This document shows, piece by piece, positions 23,982 through 36,974 of a DNA stretch of 63,413 nt; the first letter of the stretch is position 1, and every line of letters begins with the position of its first letter. Both the position numbers and the translations under genes were made by a program. This stretch comes from Girardia tigrina. Lineage: Eukaryota. Under the pieces are notes generated by a model. That model was not told the origin of the DNA and searched no databases. It was given only the letters and a program-made list of their open reading frames with translations. The stretch is from the NCBI GenBank assembly GCA_001938485.1, contig MQRK01234264.1, forward strand, positions 1 to 63,413, written 5' to 3'.

Positions 23982-24375
23982 ATGAGGTTTACAACATTTA
24001 TTAATATCACAAGCGCATTCACTATTTGACATCTCTCTTGATCAATATATTTCTGAGTTCAAACTAATTATTTTCAATAAATGAAAATCTGTTAATAAAA
24101 ATTATTAATTATAAAGAATTTAATTGGTTGAAATTAAATCTAAACATTTTTTAAAAAAGAACATATTAAATTAATTTATTAAAATTTTAAATTACATTAA
24201 AAAATAAATAATACAATCAAAAATTATTTTAAATCTTTTTACTTTAAAATTAAATTAAATTATTTTTAATTAATAAGAATCAAAGCAAATATCAATCATC
24301 CATCTGTGCAGGAGAGGCACAATCCGAATCAACATACAACATGCACAATATCAACACACAATATAAGAAGTGCTT
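23982..24375 (-). mobile_element. Diverged solo LTR related to the Gypsy LTR at 39716
   Basis: Reverse complement contains TATGTTGATTCGGATTGTGCCTCTCCTGCACAGATGGATGATTGATATTT, aligning with ~39760-39810. Confidence 0.65.
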
Positions 24376-26131
24376 TCATATCTGCAATTAATGCTTTCAT
24401 AATAAATGGAGTTATTAAAACATACTTGTAGTTTTGCTTTTCTACATAATTTACATACCCTACTTATCCTAATGACAGAATATGAAGAAAAGAAGCTTAT
24501 CTTTAACATCCAATCGTCTGGTTAATTTAATATAAGGATGAAGATGAATGTTAAAATGGTACCATGGAGGATTGATTTCTGAATACCAAATAGATATAAT
24601 CTACTTATATATCTAATAAAAGAGATTTTTTATTTTTCGATATGATTTTAAAGATAATTCATAAAAAAATAATGTCAAAGTTAGTGTTAATAGAGAACCT
24701 ATTGAAACTTCATATTTTTGAATGTGACATCGATCATTTTGAGATATGCCTAATTTTTTATTGCAAAATTTAAGAGGTTCTTTAAATACCTACTTGTTCA
24801 TTATCTAATTCAGAGACAAAGTTGTCTTCCAAATATTTTCCACGCAAATCAATAGTTTAATCGATGAGCACATTCGTAATAAATACTTATATCAAGAGAC
24901 AAAATATCAGTAGATATTTTGTTGAAACAAATGATAATTGTCAACTAAATTAAACTCAATCGTTTAGTGCGTTATTTCTATGTTTGAATTGCAGTTACGT
25001 CTTATAATTATGGTAAAGTGCATTATATACAAGATTAAAGAACAGTGATGAACTAAACTATTATTCTATGAGGTCAATGTGAGAAAAAGATGAATATGAT
25101 CAATAAAATCAAATTTGCACTATTTGGAAGAAAACTCAACAATTTCAATTAATAATTAAAAATTAAGTCTGTTTGAAATTTGAAAGATATTATTAAGTTT
25201 AAACTAAATAAATAAAATATAAAAATAGTCAATATAATATAAAATAAACAAGACACCAGGTATTAATTGTATCGCTGTCTTACCCTCCTTCAAATGTCTG
25301 AGTAAAGGGTATCTACGTCAAGGATAATTTATGAGTAAATTAACACTCAAACCGTACGTGTTTCACATTTTCTAAACTCAATTAATGATATTACTAAATA
25401 TGAGACTGTTTAAACTTTAATTTATTTGATAATTTGCAATTAATTTATTGACAAATAGATATTAATAATTGTTTGACTATTAGTATTGTAATGATCAATA
25501 CTGATAATGAAAAACACTCGACGCAACTTCATTCACACAACAATTTGTCCTTCAATAACTCTTGGAACACAAGTTTATGGAACTTAATTTTAAATAGAAA
25601 TGGATTTATTGTACAGGAAAATAAAATTAAAAAAAATATGGATCCTTGGTGGTTAAATTCTGATTTAATTATGGCAATTGAACGAACGAAAATTTAATAA
25701 CATTAATAATGAATATAATAAAAGGAAAATAACATTAACAACTTAAAGTTGTAAAACAACTGCAATATTTGTGTTTTAATATTTTAATTTGACGAAGCAA
25801 GTTTCGTGAGATCCAGACTGTGGAAAGAAGAGGGAGGATATTAAATGCAATGAGACAGAAATAATGTTATCAGTGGCGGACAGATTGCAGAGCTCACGAA
25901 ATTGACTCGTCTGAATTATTTATGGAGATTAAAATACATGAGTCGAATGAAATCTATTAAACTCATTCCACTAATATATGCAAACAAAATAATCAAAGGG
26001 TCTTTCGTTAATTAATTTGACCTTAACAGACTACTTAGAGTTACTTTTCAATGGCAATGATACACTGTATAAAACAATTCAAAAAATAGAGACAATATCA
26101 ACATAATATATGTATATATAACAGAAATAAC

Positions 26132-26422
26132 TTGATATTTATGACTTATTAATGGGGACCCAGAAGGATAGAATAGGACTGATGAACGCCTATTACAATT
26201 GTTGTCAAAATCTACTTCTGCTTGTGCTTCACCAACAGTTTTTGTATCATCAAAAAGTTTACTATTGTCCTGAAAGTTTCGACTCAAATGACTAGAGTTA
26301 GTTGTGTTGTTTGACGATGAGGTAGCTGGATAAAACTGGCAATAATTGGATGTGTCTATCTCTCCACTTGATGAAGATGACGTTGCAAAACTTGAATTAT
26401 GATATCCGATTCTGTTTACATT
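26132..26422 (-). CDS. Internal exon (97 aa, Ser-rich) of the host gene
   Basis: Acceptor gtaaacag|AAT at 26422, donor CAA|gttatt at 26132, 291 bp, phase 0-0: NVNRIGYHNSSF...PSGSPLISHKYQ. Confidence 0.65.
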
Positions 26423-28329
26423 CTGTTTACAACAAATAAAAAATAAATAAAATATAGCATATCATGTAATATTACATAAACCAAGATTTCATTACAGATG
26501 AAAAGATTTAATTACCAATAGAAACATTATGAGGAATAATTTCAAGTGTTACTTTATAGGATGTATTTCATATTTTAATATTGTTTTTAAATGGGTGTCT
26601 CTTATACCGTAATGATTAATTGATAAACTTTAGATTATTCGGTTATTAACTAAATCAAATTTTCTTTGAGAAGACGTTCGAAAATTCTGCTGGAATTTAA
26701 ATTATAAATAAATGGGAAATGGATTTTGATCACTTAGAATATTTTGTTTAAATATTCGAATATCGGATGATCATTAATTTATGAATTTAGAAAGGTGAGC
26801 AAAGACGAATGCTTTTGAGAAGATTTTGATAATTCTAACAAAATCATGTTAAACAAACATGTCACAGTCCCCAAATTCGATCATCTACCCGAAACACTTT
26901 TTTCCCGGTTCAATCATGCACGGATTGGCGAGAGTCGACCGTACTTAGAGTTAACATTGCATGGAAGATTTTGTTTATTAGTTGCTTGCTTATAAGTTGA
27001 ATTCGCTTTCAGTTGCAAATAATGTGTTAATCTTTTATTTTGAGGCGATTCATCATAATCTCTAAGATTGAAACCATTTTCATGTCAAACATCTTTTTTT
27101 CTGGAACGATGAGTTTGAGATAGTGAGATTGCCCTGTTTGCATAATATAAAGTATATTATTTTAACAGATTATTACGTTATTTATATATGATTAAAATTT
27201 TATTAAATAATTAAATTTATTTCAATTGAAGTTCAGTAAATCAGATTGTTTGATTTTATGATGTTGAAATAAATTATGCTAAAAATAAATATCAACAATA
27301 TAACAACAATATCAACAATACTTCACATAATATGTAAAACAGCAATTTTTGTTACTAATTTTTCAATAATTGAATTTGTCTTTAGTAAGTTTATTCCAAA
27401 AAATATTGTTTGTATCAGTTGTATTCAGTATACTACTTTTTAAAAATAGACACGCTATATATTATAAAATTAAAAATAATACTTATAGTATGCCTTACAT
27501 TTTTTATTTTTTTGCTTTTTCCACAATAAAAACTTATTCTTATTATTCATGATTTAAGGCAAGGGTAGTTAACCTTTTCATAACTACCACCCACTTCACC
27601 TCAAAAGGTTATAAAATATTATTACCGCCCACCTGCTTTACAATATTGATAATTAATAAAGTAGGAAGGTTTAAATAATTTATAAAGTACATTTTTAGAA
27701 AATTAAAGCATACAAATACAATATTTTAGTACACTGTATAACCACTTACTGCATTAAAAAAGTACCTTATATACACAGTATTGTATGTAAATGGAAAAGT
27801 TTGCCTATTTTTCCCTTAAAGACATAAATTATGGTTTGTTTATCTAAACCAGACAAACTAATTCCGAACGTGCATAAGAAAAACGAAATTCGTAGTACCC
27901 TTCATATTAAATTTCTGTAAGTTATTTATTCTATTGACCTGCAGTAATGTAAAAGGATTTTTAGTAGTGTAAAAAATAATAGCAAACGATGTACTTTTAA
28001 CTCCTTTTGTGTGATGATTAGTAAAAATTCCTATTTATATGAATACAAAGAAGCAATAAACACCTACACCAACAATAATTTGGGCGATGAATACAAGAGC
28101 AAATAAAATGCCAATAATATTCAAGTATTTTTATAGCTTTGAATCTTTGTACATCAAAACGCAACTTATATCTGAAAAACTGGAAATCGAATATGCCTAC
28201 TAAATAAAAATGTTCTTAAATAATATAAAAGTACATAGTTTTAGTCTAATCATATCTTTTCAACGGTCTCTATGACCTGTAGTCGATTATACTTTTTTAT
28301 ATTAATAAGATTTTGTAAATAATAGATAG

Positions 28330-28830
28330 ATTGCCTGGAAAATGTTGGATTCTATTCATTTCCTCTTTAATATTATGATAAGACTATAACTTCTGATTGC
28401 TAACTGGGATTCTTTCATTTTTTTGCATTTCACATCGTATGCACAGGCAAATACCTCGATTACAACTATTACTGGTGATAAATGTACTACCGAGATAACA
28501 AAACTACTTTATCTATTCTATGATGTTCTCTTCACACTTAACTCACGGTATTCGCATCTTCAAATCATTGATGAGATACACAACTTTCGTCTCGGTGGTG
28601 CTGAATTTTAATCTGAATTCGGAAAATGCGTTTCTATGTATATCTAGATTTCTACCGTTACAATCAATATCAGTATCAATAATGCATAGGTCTTCCGCAT
28701 ATGCTAGCATATTGACTTGTATTTTAGAATCATTGTTAATTTATGAGTGCTACCTTACTTATGAAACCTTTCCGTACAGTCGTATGAACAGTATGAATGA
28801 TGATATCAATGTATTTACAATATAACCTGA
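28330..28830 (-). mobile_element. Degenerate non-LTR (RTE/CR1-like) reverse transcriptase fragment
   Basis: VNMLAYAEDLCII (YADD motif), LKFSTTETKVV and FCYLGS on the minus strand. Confidence 0.75.
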
Positions 28831-29388
28831 ATATAGAATGTTCTTTTAAAATTTCGACTTTTATCTATACAATGTATTAGAAAAATAATACTAAAACAAT
28901 TTATATTTTAAATTAAAATAAATAAAACTAGACATAAAGAACTTAAATATACAGAATATGTAGAACTTACAGAAAATTAAAATAACTCATTATTATTTAT
29001 TATATTAAGTCCTCTATTTTACCATATAACTTAATCCCCGTCATATGGCGGTAAATCACACACAAGCTTAAATTTTATTGTTGCTAAAAACATGAAAACA
29101 AAACATTTTACTTTTATCAAACATTTAAAAAAATGTGTTATTTATAATTTCGAACTACAATTAGAAACAAATTAATCGCTATTTTTAATTTTTTTCAAAT
29201 TATTGCAAGTTAAATTGCCAACGATATTTCCGTTTTACCTTAATAGTTTTATAATAAACACTACACTTTTATTTAAGTCTCTATTTAATCATTAAACTCT
29301 TGATAACTAAGCAAATATGTTAACGGTCTAAAAAGGTAGCATAACACAAAAAAACTCAATAAATGTTTCATATTAGAACATCTATAAA

Positions 29389-29635
29389 TCGTCGCCGTCG
29401 AGTCAATACCTCGTAAGTACAAATATAAAAATAAAAATATAGACTAATAAGTAAAGACATAACATACGAGGTTTTAAAAGTAATGAAGTTTGATGCGTTT
29501 GTCTCAGCCTGTGCGTATGAAACTTTTACACCATGAAAACATTGTTTTTCAAGCCGTTGTTTTCTACCGTTTCAAGCATTTAAAATGAAAATGTGAAAAA
29601 TTGTCACTTACGAGGTTTTGACTCGACGGTGACGA
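29389..29635. mobile_element. MITE with 30-bp TIRs
   Basis: TCGTCGCCGTCGAGTCAATACCTCGTAAGT versus ACTTACGAGGTTTTGACTCGACGGTGACGA (28/30 inverted match). Confidence 0.75.
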
Positions 29636-29879
29636 AATGTTATCAAAATTCTGAAAATCCATGAATTAACGAGAACATTTTGTTGATATTCAACATACGT
29701 TCATGGTCTTATTTGACACATTTTCTCAATTGGTTTACTATAAAAAACTTAAAATGTATGTTTGGCCAATACCAAGACTTAGACATGTCTTTATTATCCT
29801 TTGTATCGTCTCAGGATAGGAAATTAAAAGAAGAAAAGAGTGTTTTTTATTATACAATAAATGGATATTTACTAGGGAA

Positions 29880-30955
29880 TCTCCCGAACCAGCACATCCC
29901 GATTTCGATGAAATTTGGTACATATATAGAACTCGCCGCGCTGAATAGGATACACTTTGAACCACCTGCTCTTAAAACCTAGAACTCAAGATATTCGACT
30001 TTTAGGTTTCAAAATTTTTTTTTGAATTTTAAGTCAAAAGATAAAAAAACAAAGGTTGAATTTATTATTTATTCATCAAAGTCATCACAAAAATGATAAT
30101 CAATGTAAAAATGATTAAAACAAAGTGGTGATCTGCACCAGGAACAAATAAGAAAAGGTATCTCTCCGCATGACAACTGCGAACATGTTAGAGGTACATT
30201 ATTGAAACAAATGACACAAATGACACAAAACAAATGACATGAATTGACACAAATTCAAGCCGAAAAGCGTTTCGAAACTTGTCAAAAATTGCTTGAAAAT
30301 CCGCGCGATGACTGTTTCATCCGTCGAATTGTAACTTGCAATGAAAAGTGGGTTTACTTCAGTAATCCAGACCAACAAAATCAATGGTTGGACCCCGGAA
30401 AAATGGCGAAACCGGTAGCGAAACGAGATCGTTTCTCAAGGAAGGCACTTTTGTGTGCTGGGTAGAATTTCGAAGGCGTGATTCACTTCGACCTTTACTG
30501 CGTCCAAATTGATCGAATGTATGCGGTACTTGGTGAGAAATACCCAGCTTTGATCAATCGAAAGCGAGTTCTTCTACAATAGGACAATGCAAAACCGCAC
30601 ACCGCCAAACAAACAAAGGCAAAAATCAAAAATCTCGACGCCTTTGAACTTTTTCCACACCCACCGTATAGTCCGGATCTTGCGCCATCCGACTATCACC
30701 TTTCCCGCTGTATGGTACACTTTTTTACACTTTACACTTCAATAATCTGGCCGAGGTCGAAAACGGGTGTCACCAGTTTTTCGCTTCTAAGAACAAGGAT
30801 TGGTACCGCAACGGGATCGCACAACTTGCCCATAGATGGGTTCAAGCTATAGATTCAAATGGCCTTTACTTTGAAACTTAAATGTTTTTTATTTGTTGTA
30901 AAATTATGTTTAAATTTTTAATAAAAAATATGAAAAGACTTTTGGTTCACCCTAA
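29880..30955 (+). mobile_element. Mariner (Mos1-like, DD34D) remnant
   Basis: RIVTCNEKWVY, *DNAKPH and HPPYSPDLAPSDYHL. Right TIR ...TTTGGTTCACCCTAA|TA; left end unclear. Confidence 0.9.
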
Positions 30956-31742
30956 TAGTATAATTTGAAGCTTTTGGGCAATATTGAGAAATAAGAAAGT
31001 CTATTTATTCCAGTGATAAAATTTACTAAATATGATATTCTTTAAAAGATATTTTACATAAAGTTATGAAGCAATCATCTGTAAAGAACTTTGATATTGA
31101 ATTATGTAGCCTTATTTGTAAAAATACTGCAAAATAAATAAAACTAGACATAAATAAACGTATCGACGTTTTCCGTAAAGAGACTTGTGTGCTTGATTTT
31201 TATTTATTATTGAGTTCTGAAACTGTCTAAAATAGATGCCCACGGGTCTTTTTTACATGGGCTTCTATTAGGAAAGTGTGCATAAGACAAAAATATCAAA
31301 ATATGACGTATTTTCAAAACATATTATTCATTATCACTATTATACAATAGAGTTCCGTATCGTATAGTACAAAGTGTGCGTAACACAACAAAATACCAAA
31401 ATGTGATAATATTCAAATCAAATTTCTTTTACTGTCATTAATATCATACTCATTTTATTTACTATTTGACTTGTTATTGTTTTCAATAAATTCTTCTGAC
31501 CTCCAACTTCATCATTTTCAGCATCTTATGTTTAATTGACATAAAGAACAGTTTTACCATAAATAATCCATAACTTATGATTTAGCTTCCCCATAGAAAT
31601 TCCTGTCATTGAAAGCAATAGTACAGCAACAACTATCTCAATAATCTTCTTGAAGGAGGGTCATTTTGTGAAACCTTTATGATGTATTGAAGTGGATCCT
31701 CTCTAACCTATTTGTTCCATTCATTATATATGTCAGCTTTAA

Positions 31743-31992
31743 CCCTTTCAACCCTGTTGGGACATATTGTGCCAGAGCATATCCTTTCAACACGATTTAT
31801 TTATTTCAGTAATCCATGCAATATTATAGCCCAAAATATTTTTTTCTAATTTATTTTGACTAGATTGAATAAAAAAAGATTATTGCAAAATAATTACTAA
31901 GACATATTGGTCCAGAGAACACCAGAAAAAAATATTTTGGGCTATAATATTACATGGATTAATGAAATAAAAAAATCGTGTTGAAGAAAGGG
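31743..31992. mobile_element. piggyBac-type MITE
   Basis: TTAA|CCCTTTC ... GAAAGGG|TTAA, with ~60-bp internal inverted repeats (31786-31847 / 31924-31985). Confidence 0.85.
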
Positions 31993-31998
31993 TTAAAT

Positions 31999-32193
31999 CA
32001 GTGGTTTCCAACCTTTTGTACCGGCGCCCCCCCTTTTAAAAAAATGGTGCGCCCCGCTTTAAAAAAATTGGTGCGCCCCCTTTAAAAAAACAAATTGTTG
32101 ATTCATTTTTTGTGACATCTATTCGACTTTTTGGTTTGTATTCGAAAATGATATTTTGCAACAGTCTCGCGCCCCACAGGTTGGAAACCACTG
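31999..32193. mobile_element. hAT-type MITE
   Basis: Perfect 16-bp TIR CAGTGGTTTCCAACCT and perfect 8-bp TSD GGTTAAAT (31991-31998, 32194-32201). Confidence 0.92.
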
Positions 32194-33158
32194 GGTTAAA
32201 TCAAGCATCAATGCTGATATCTTAGGACCACAATTTTCGAATTATATGTGCTTTAAAATAACTTCTTTCTTGTGAGTCCCATAAAAAGTCCAGATCAGCC
32301 CAGATGAAGTGATTTTCAAAATAAGCACCTCTTTTCTAGAATTTATTATCCATCCAAAATTTAAACAGTTTTGCATTCATTGAACCACTCTTGTGATAGT
32401 GATTTATGGAACTTTTTATTACCCTAAAATAGGTACTTATATTTGAGCATTGATGAAATTTTTAAGCAACCAGTAAAGGGATATTTGAGGTACTCCATGT
32501 CAGAACTCTTCATGTTTTCCTGAAAAGTGAAACGATCAATCCCTCACCATGTTCGCATAACAGGGTATTTCATCCAAATTGAAGTGCCTTTCTAACTGTG
32601 GCAATGTGTTGTAAATTAAATATTCCTCTACGACTTTTAGCATCTCTTTCGAACTTTTATCAAATAGACCATGGTGAATTACCTTACGAGAAGTGATGTC
32701 TTTGCTAGATCGAAACAAAAGTTTTTCACTCATCTTGAAATCTTCTGGTAAAAAAGTGCCAAACTTTGAAGACGCATGTCATTTCAGAGGGCGTTTTAGA
32801 TCACTAATCGGTTGTCTTCCTTTTCTTTTTTTGAAAAATGAAAATAGCTTTTCTTCAAATTCAGAATAAAATGATTTTCATCCACTCCTTTACAACATTA
32901 TGTCAGACATTACAACATGTATGATAAGCAGTGAAAAATACGAAACAGATAAAATGTTGCTGATTGCATAAGAAGAAAACAAGATTTAATTTGTTCGTTG
33001 CAAATATGTTTGCAAAACTAAGATAATAAACAGGTTATGTGGTGAAATAATGTCCCAAAATGGACCTCTATACGGAAAACACCAGCAACAATTGAAATTA
33101 ATAATAAAACCTTTAGAAATGTTAAGAATAATAGTTAAAATAACTAACAAAAACTAAC

Positions 33159-33311
33159 ATCAACGGAATTAAAAAATATTTCTTGATTATTATTTGGGCT
33201 ATGAATGTCATTCTTAATGGAAAACTCGTCACTGTCCAAATTGGTCTCTGGTAAATCCTGAAAAGACAAATACGCACAGCTTTTACTGATGGATTTCGTT
33301 GCAATCTTCAC
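33159..33311 (-). CDS. Internal exon (51 aa) of the host gene; not in the ORF track
   Basis: Acceptor tttttttag|GTG, donor GAT|gttagt, 153 bp, phase 0-0: VKIATKSISKSCAYLSFQDLPETNLDSDEF...FNSVD. Confidence 0.6.
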
Positions 33312-33699
33312 CTAAAAAAATGAAGAAGTGTAAATAAACGAGAGATGCATTTTTGTAGAATGCAAAAATAAAATTCCTCCTAAATCTATTGTACCAATAA
33401 AATAATTATCCAATCAAAATTTATGTTCTGACAAAAATATATTTCATTTTTCACATCACAATTTCTTTTTTGAACAGACACTTAAAAATATGAATAAAAA
33501 CAGTTGCTAACAATGCTGTCTATTCATCTCTCGTGCAACAAGAAGTATGAGCTGATAGAATAATGAAGTTCCCAAATGGAAATTCCCAACATCATCATTG
33601 GGTTTGAGCAGTTTTATATTTTATAACATTCAAACTATGTGAATATTAAAATATAGTTAATTTTTATTTTTAAATAAATCAATAAATTAAGGGGGATTA

Positions 33700-36600
33700 G
33701 AAAAACAAGAACTTTTTTGCTGAAGTATGAATATATCAGTACATATCAGGAAAACATGAACTTTTTTTAAAATTCGGAAAACATATTAACTTTTTCTTCA
33801 AAATTGGACAATATTAACTTTTTTGACAAAAGAATTAATAAAAAAATAACAAAAATTAAAAAACAATTTTTATAGACCACATTTATTTAATAACTTTCAT
33901 TGTCATTTATAAGCAGCAGTATTTCTTCTTATCTTCGGTCTGCCTCTTCCTCTTCTTTGGATTGCAGCTTGAATATTCGATCTTACCAAATTAGCTGCAG
34001 TCAAAAGGAGTACGTTATTAGAATATGAACTACAATACTTTTGAGTAGTATACATATCAGGAACCAAATTAATAACATTTAAACTATTATGAGAAATGAC
34101 AGCACATAAATGAATGTAAGGAATCTTAGAATTGATCCATTCGAAGAATTCACAAGTATCTTCGGACAAGTTGTTATTTGTTGTCAACCAAATAAATCGC
34201 ATCAGTAGAAGCTATTATAGTCAGATGTGTAGTTTTTAGATTAATTTTATTCAAGATTTTTAAACAGTTATTGACCACAGAAGTTGAAAATCTCAGAAAA
34301 AGTTGTCATTACATAATTATTTATTGAAATTATTAAATTGCAAATATCTTTATCAATGTAACAACGAATCACAAATCTATTAAAATTTATTATTCACTAA
34401 CAAATACTTTTAAAATAGATATTATTTAAACAAATAATTATCTATATTTTTTCATGTTAAATATTTCATTTAAGAAATAAATTTAACATGTAACACTCCC
34501 CCCAGATTCTTCATCACAAGAATCTATATCTACCACATACTCGTTCAAATATTTCGGTTTTCGTATTTCTCTTTGGGGTCTGTTGCTGATTCCCGATTCA
34601 CTTTGCTTAACACTCGGAGCTGATTCATTGTTATTTTCCAACATGTAATCCGAGTAAGAGTTTCGCGGCAGGTCTGGTTGTNTTGGTCGAATATCTGCTA
34701 TATGCCGTGGACCGCAAAACCATCACAATTTATTAAGTACTTTCTTTGATCCAATTTTCTAACGACAACGCCTCTTGTCCATTGCCTTGTGCATGGCATA
34801 TTATTTTCAGGCTTTACCTTGACTAACGGTTGCTCTACGAAGTCTGTCTTTAACTTATTGTAAACCGGTTCCTTTTCAATTCTTTCGATTATCTCCAAAC
34901 CGACTGGAATGTACTTGTAAAGTGCTGAACTAGGGGTCTCCTTTCCGTCGGATGGTGTATTGTTATACCACCATTTAGATATAATCGGTAGATAAATCGG
35001 CGCTTCATCCTTCCACTTCCATTTAACCGTCCAATTATCCTTAAATCCAATCTCATAATTGTGTTTGTTCAGGCTAACTCTTGGCACAACAGCCGTGACA
35101 CAACTCATATTGTCACCAGCCTTCTTTTGTCCTTCTCCTACACACACACCAAATTCGATAACACCCTTATTCATTTTCACACCCCCAAGTTCACTTATAA
35201 CATCCATACCAATTAAAATTCCCAAATCATATGGTAAGTATTTCATGACAGAACATTCTACTTTCATAGTTCTAGTGTCTATAGTCAATTCCACATCACT
35301 AATCCCCACACATATATCATCGCCATTAGCCAAAACAATTCTTTGCTCATTTGACTGGAACGAGTTTCCCTTGATCAACCATTTCAAAACAACAGTTTTT
35401 GAGCAACCTGAATCNNNNNNNNNNNNNNNNNNNNNNNNNNNNNNNNNNNNNNNNNNNNNNNNNNNNNNNNNNNNNNNNNNNNNNNNNNNNNNNNNNNNNN
35501 NNNNNNNNNNNNNNNNNNNNNNNNNNNNNAATATTTTGCAATATGTCCAACTTGCTTACATTTATAGCAAATTATTTGTCCATTAGATTGCCGCTGAGAA
35601 TTTTCATTACGGTTTACCCTTGTTTGTACCAGATTTCCGTCATGTGGCAAACGGGGTTTTGTAAAGGAACTCCTTCTATCGCCGCTGACCTCACCTCGTT
35701 CTTTAGAAACGATCTTTCCATCACCAACGTTTTGTACCGCTGACATTGAACTTTGTGTGACGCATTTTTNNNNNNNNNNNNNNNNNNNNNNNNNNNNNNN
35801 NNNNNNNNNNNNNNNNNNNNNNNNNNNNNNNNNNNNNNNNNNNNNNNNNNNNNNNNNNNNNNNNNNNNNNNNNNNNNNNNNNNNNNNNNNNNNNNNNNNN
35901 NNNNNNNNNNNNNNNNNNNNNNNNNNNNNNNNNNNNNNNNNNNNNNNNNNNNNNNNNNNNNNNNNNNNNNNNNNNNNNNNNNNNNNNNNNNNNNNNNNNN
36001 NNNNNNNNNNNNNNNNNNNNNNNNNNNNNNNNNNNNNNNNNNNNNNNNNNNNNNNNNNNNNNNNNNNNNNNNNNNNNNNNNNNNNNNNNNNNNNNNNNNN
36101 NNNNNNNNNNNNNNNNNNNNNNNNNNNNNNNNNNNNNNNNNNNNNNNNNNNNNNNNNNNNNNNNNNNNNNNNNNNNNNNNNNNNNNNNNNNNTCACAAAT
36201 CTATTAAAATTTATTATTCACTAACAAATACTTTTAAAATAGATATTATTTAAACAAATAATTATCTATATTTTTTCATGTTAAATATTTCATTTAAGAA
36301 ATAAATTTAACGTGTAACAATCAACATATCTTTTCAGGGCAGAATTGAGTGATTCGGCAGTATTATTCGTATTTATACAAAATCTAGGAACTGGAAATTT
36401 GGAATTGGCCCAGAAAACATGGTTTATGGAGCTCAATCTACGGCAAAATGTTTCATTAATTGTCCTTAAATTTGACATTATCTGGTTAAATTCTGCACCT
36501 GAAAATGTATTCACAACTCTCCAAAAATGATTCATAGTATTCGCATCCCTAAATTTGAATTTTATATTTTTAGTAATGTGCCTGATACAATATGAGCTTG

Positions 36601-36970
36601 AGTAGTTTGGAGCCATTGATTGCAAAGCATTTAGAATACTCTTGTCTCTGTCTGAAAATATTATGACATCAAGTGAATTCAAGCTTTCTTGTGCGTTAAT
36701 TAAGCTAAGAAACCAAGACCAACTGCTAGAATTTTCACTTTCAACTACCGTAGCTGCAATTAAAACGAGTTGATCGAGGCCATCCTGAGAAACTGCAATT
36801 AAAAGAGTTCCCTTGGATGGTCCAGATAAAAATGTTTCATCAATATATAAAAGCTTTCTCGATTTATTAAAGAACTCGTTTGAAGCTTTCTACATTATGA
36901 AGAATCTTTCAAAATGTCCTGTTTCAGAATATTTCACATGAGCAAAATAACATTTTTTTGTTATATTATC
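33700..36970 (-). mobile_element. MuDR-type MULE transposase remnant (DDE + SWIM), split by an LTR element
   Basis: YIDETFLSGPSKGTLLIAVSQDG...ESENSSSWSWFL, FSDRDKSI, CIRHI, TNNTAESLN. Continues after 34356 to the SWIM-like TCEFFEW..IPYIHLCAV and RRGRGRPK. Confidence 0.85.
34357..36319 (-). mobile_element. Short non-autonomous Gypsy-type LTR element (gag knuckle, protease, integrase tail; no RT/RNase H seen)
   Basis: 139-bp LTRs (34357-34495; 36181-36319, partly N), TG..CA ends, 5-bp TSD ATCAA, PPT GGGGGGAG. Protein motifs CYKCKQVGHIAKY, (D)SGCSKT, LIGMDV, WYNNTP. Confidence 0.9.
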
Positions 36971-36974
36971 TTTC

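Larger units (their letters stand above)
31168..33080 (-). mobile_element. pogo-like DDE_1 transposon remnant, interrupted by two MITEs
   Basis: FNLDEIP, GSMNAKLFKFWMDN, LIWTFYGTH, and DISIDA*FKADIYNEWN reads through once the MITEs are removed. Candidate TIRs GTTTTCCGTAAAGAG / CTCTATACGGAAAAC. Confidence 0.7.

Noticed and set aside
24430-25100. Possible Polinton/Maverick DNA polymerase remnant (WYHGG)
   Set aside because: One short motif with no supporting frame.
25791-25911. Imperfect inverted repeat GACGAAGCAAGTTTCGTGAG / CTCACGAAATTGACTCGTC
   Set aside because: Probably an old MITE, but no TSD and too degenerate to classify.
26780-27140. Minus-strand frame interrupted only by TGA codons (possible recoding or exon)
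   Set aside because: Neighbouring genes use TGA as stop and TGG for Trp; no recognisable domain; likely a decayed repeat.
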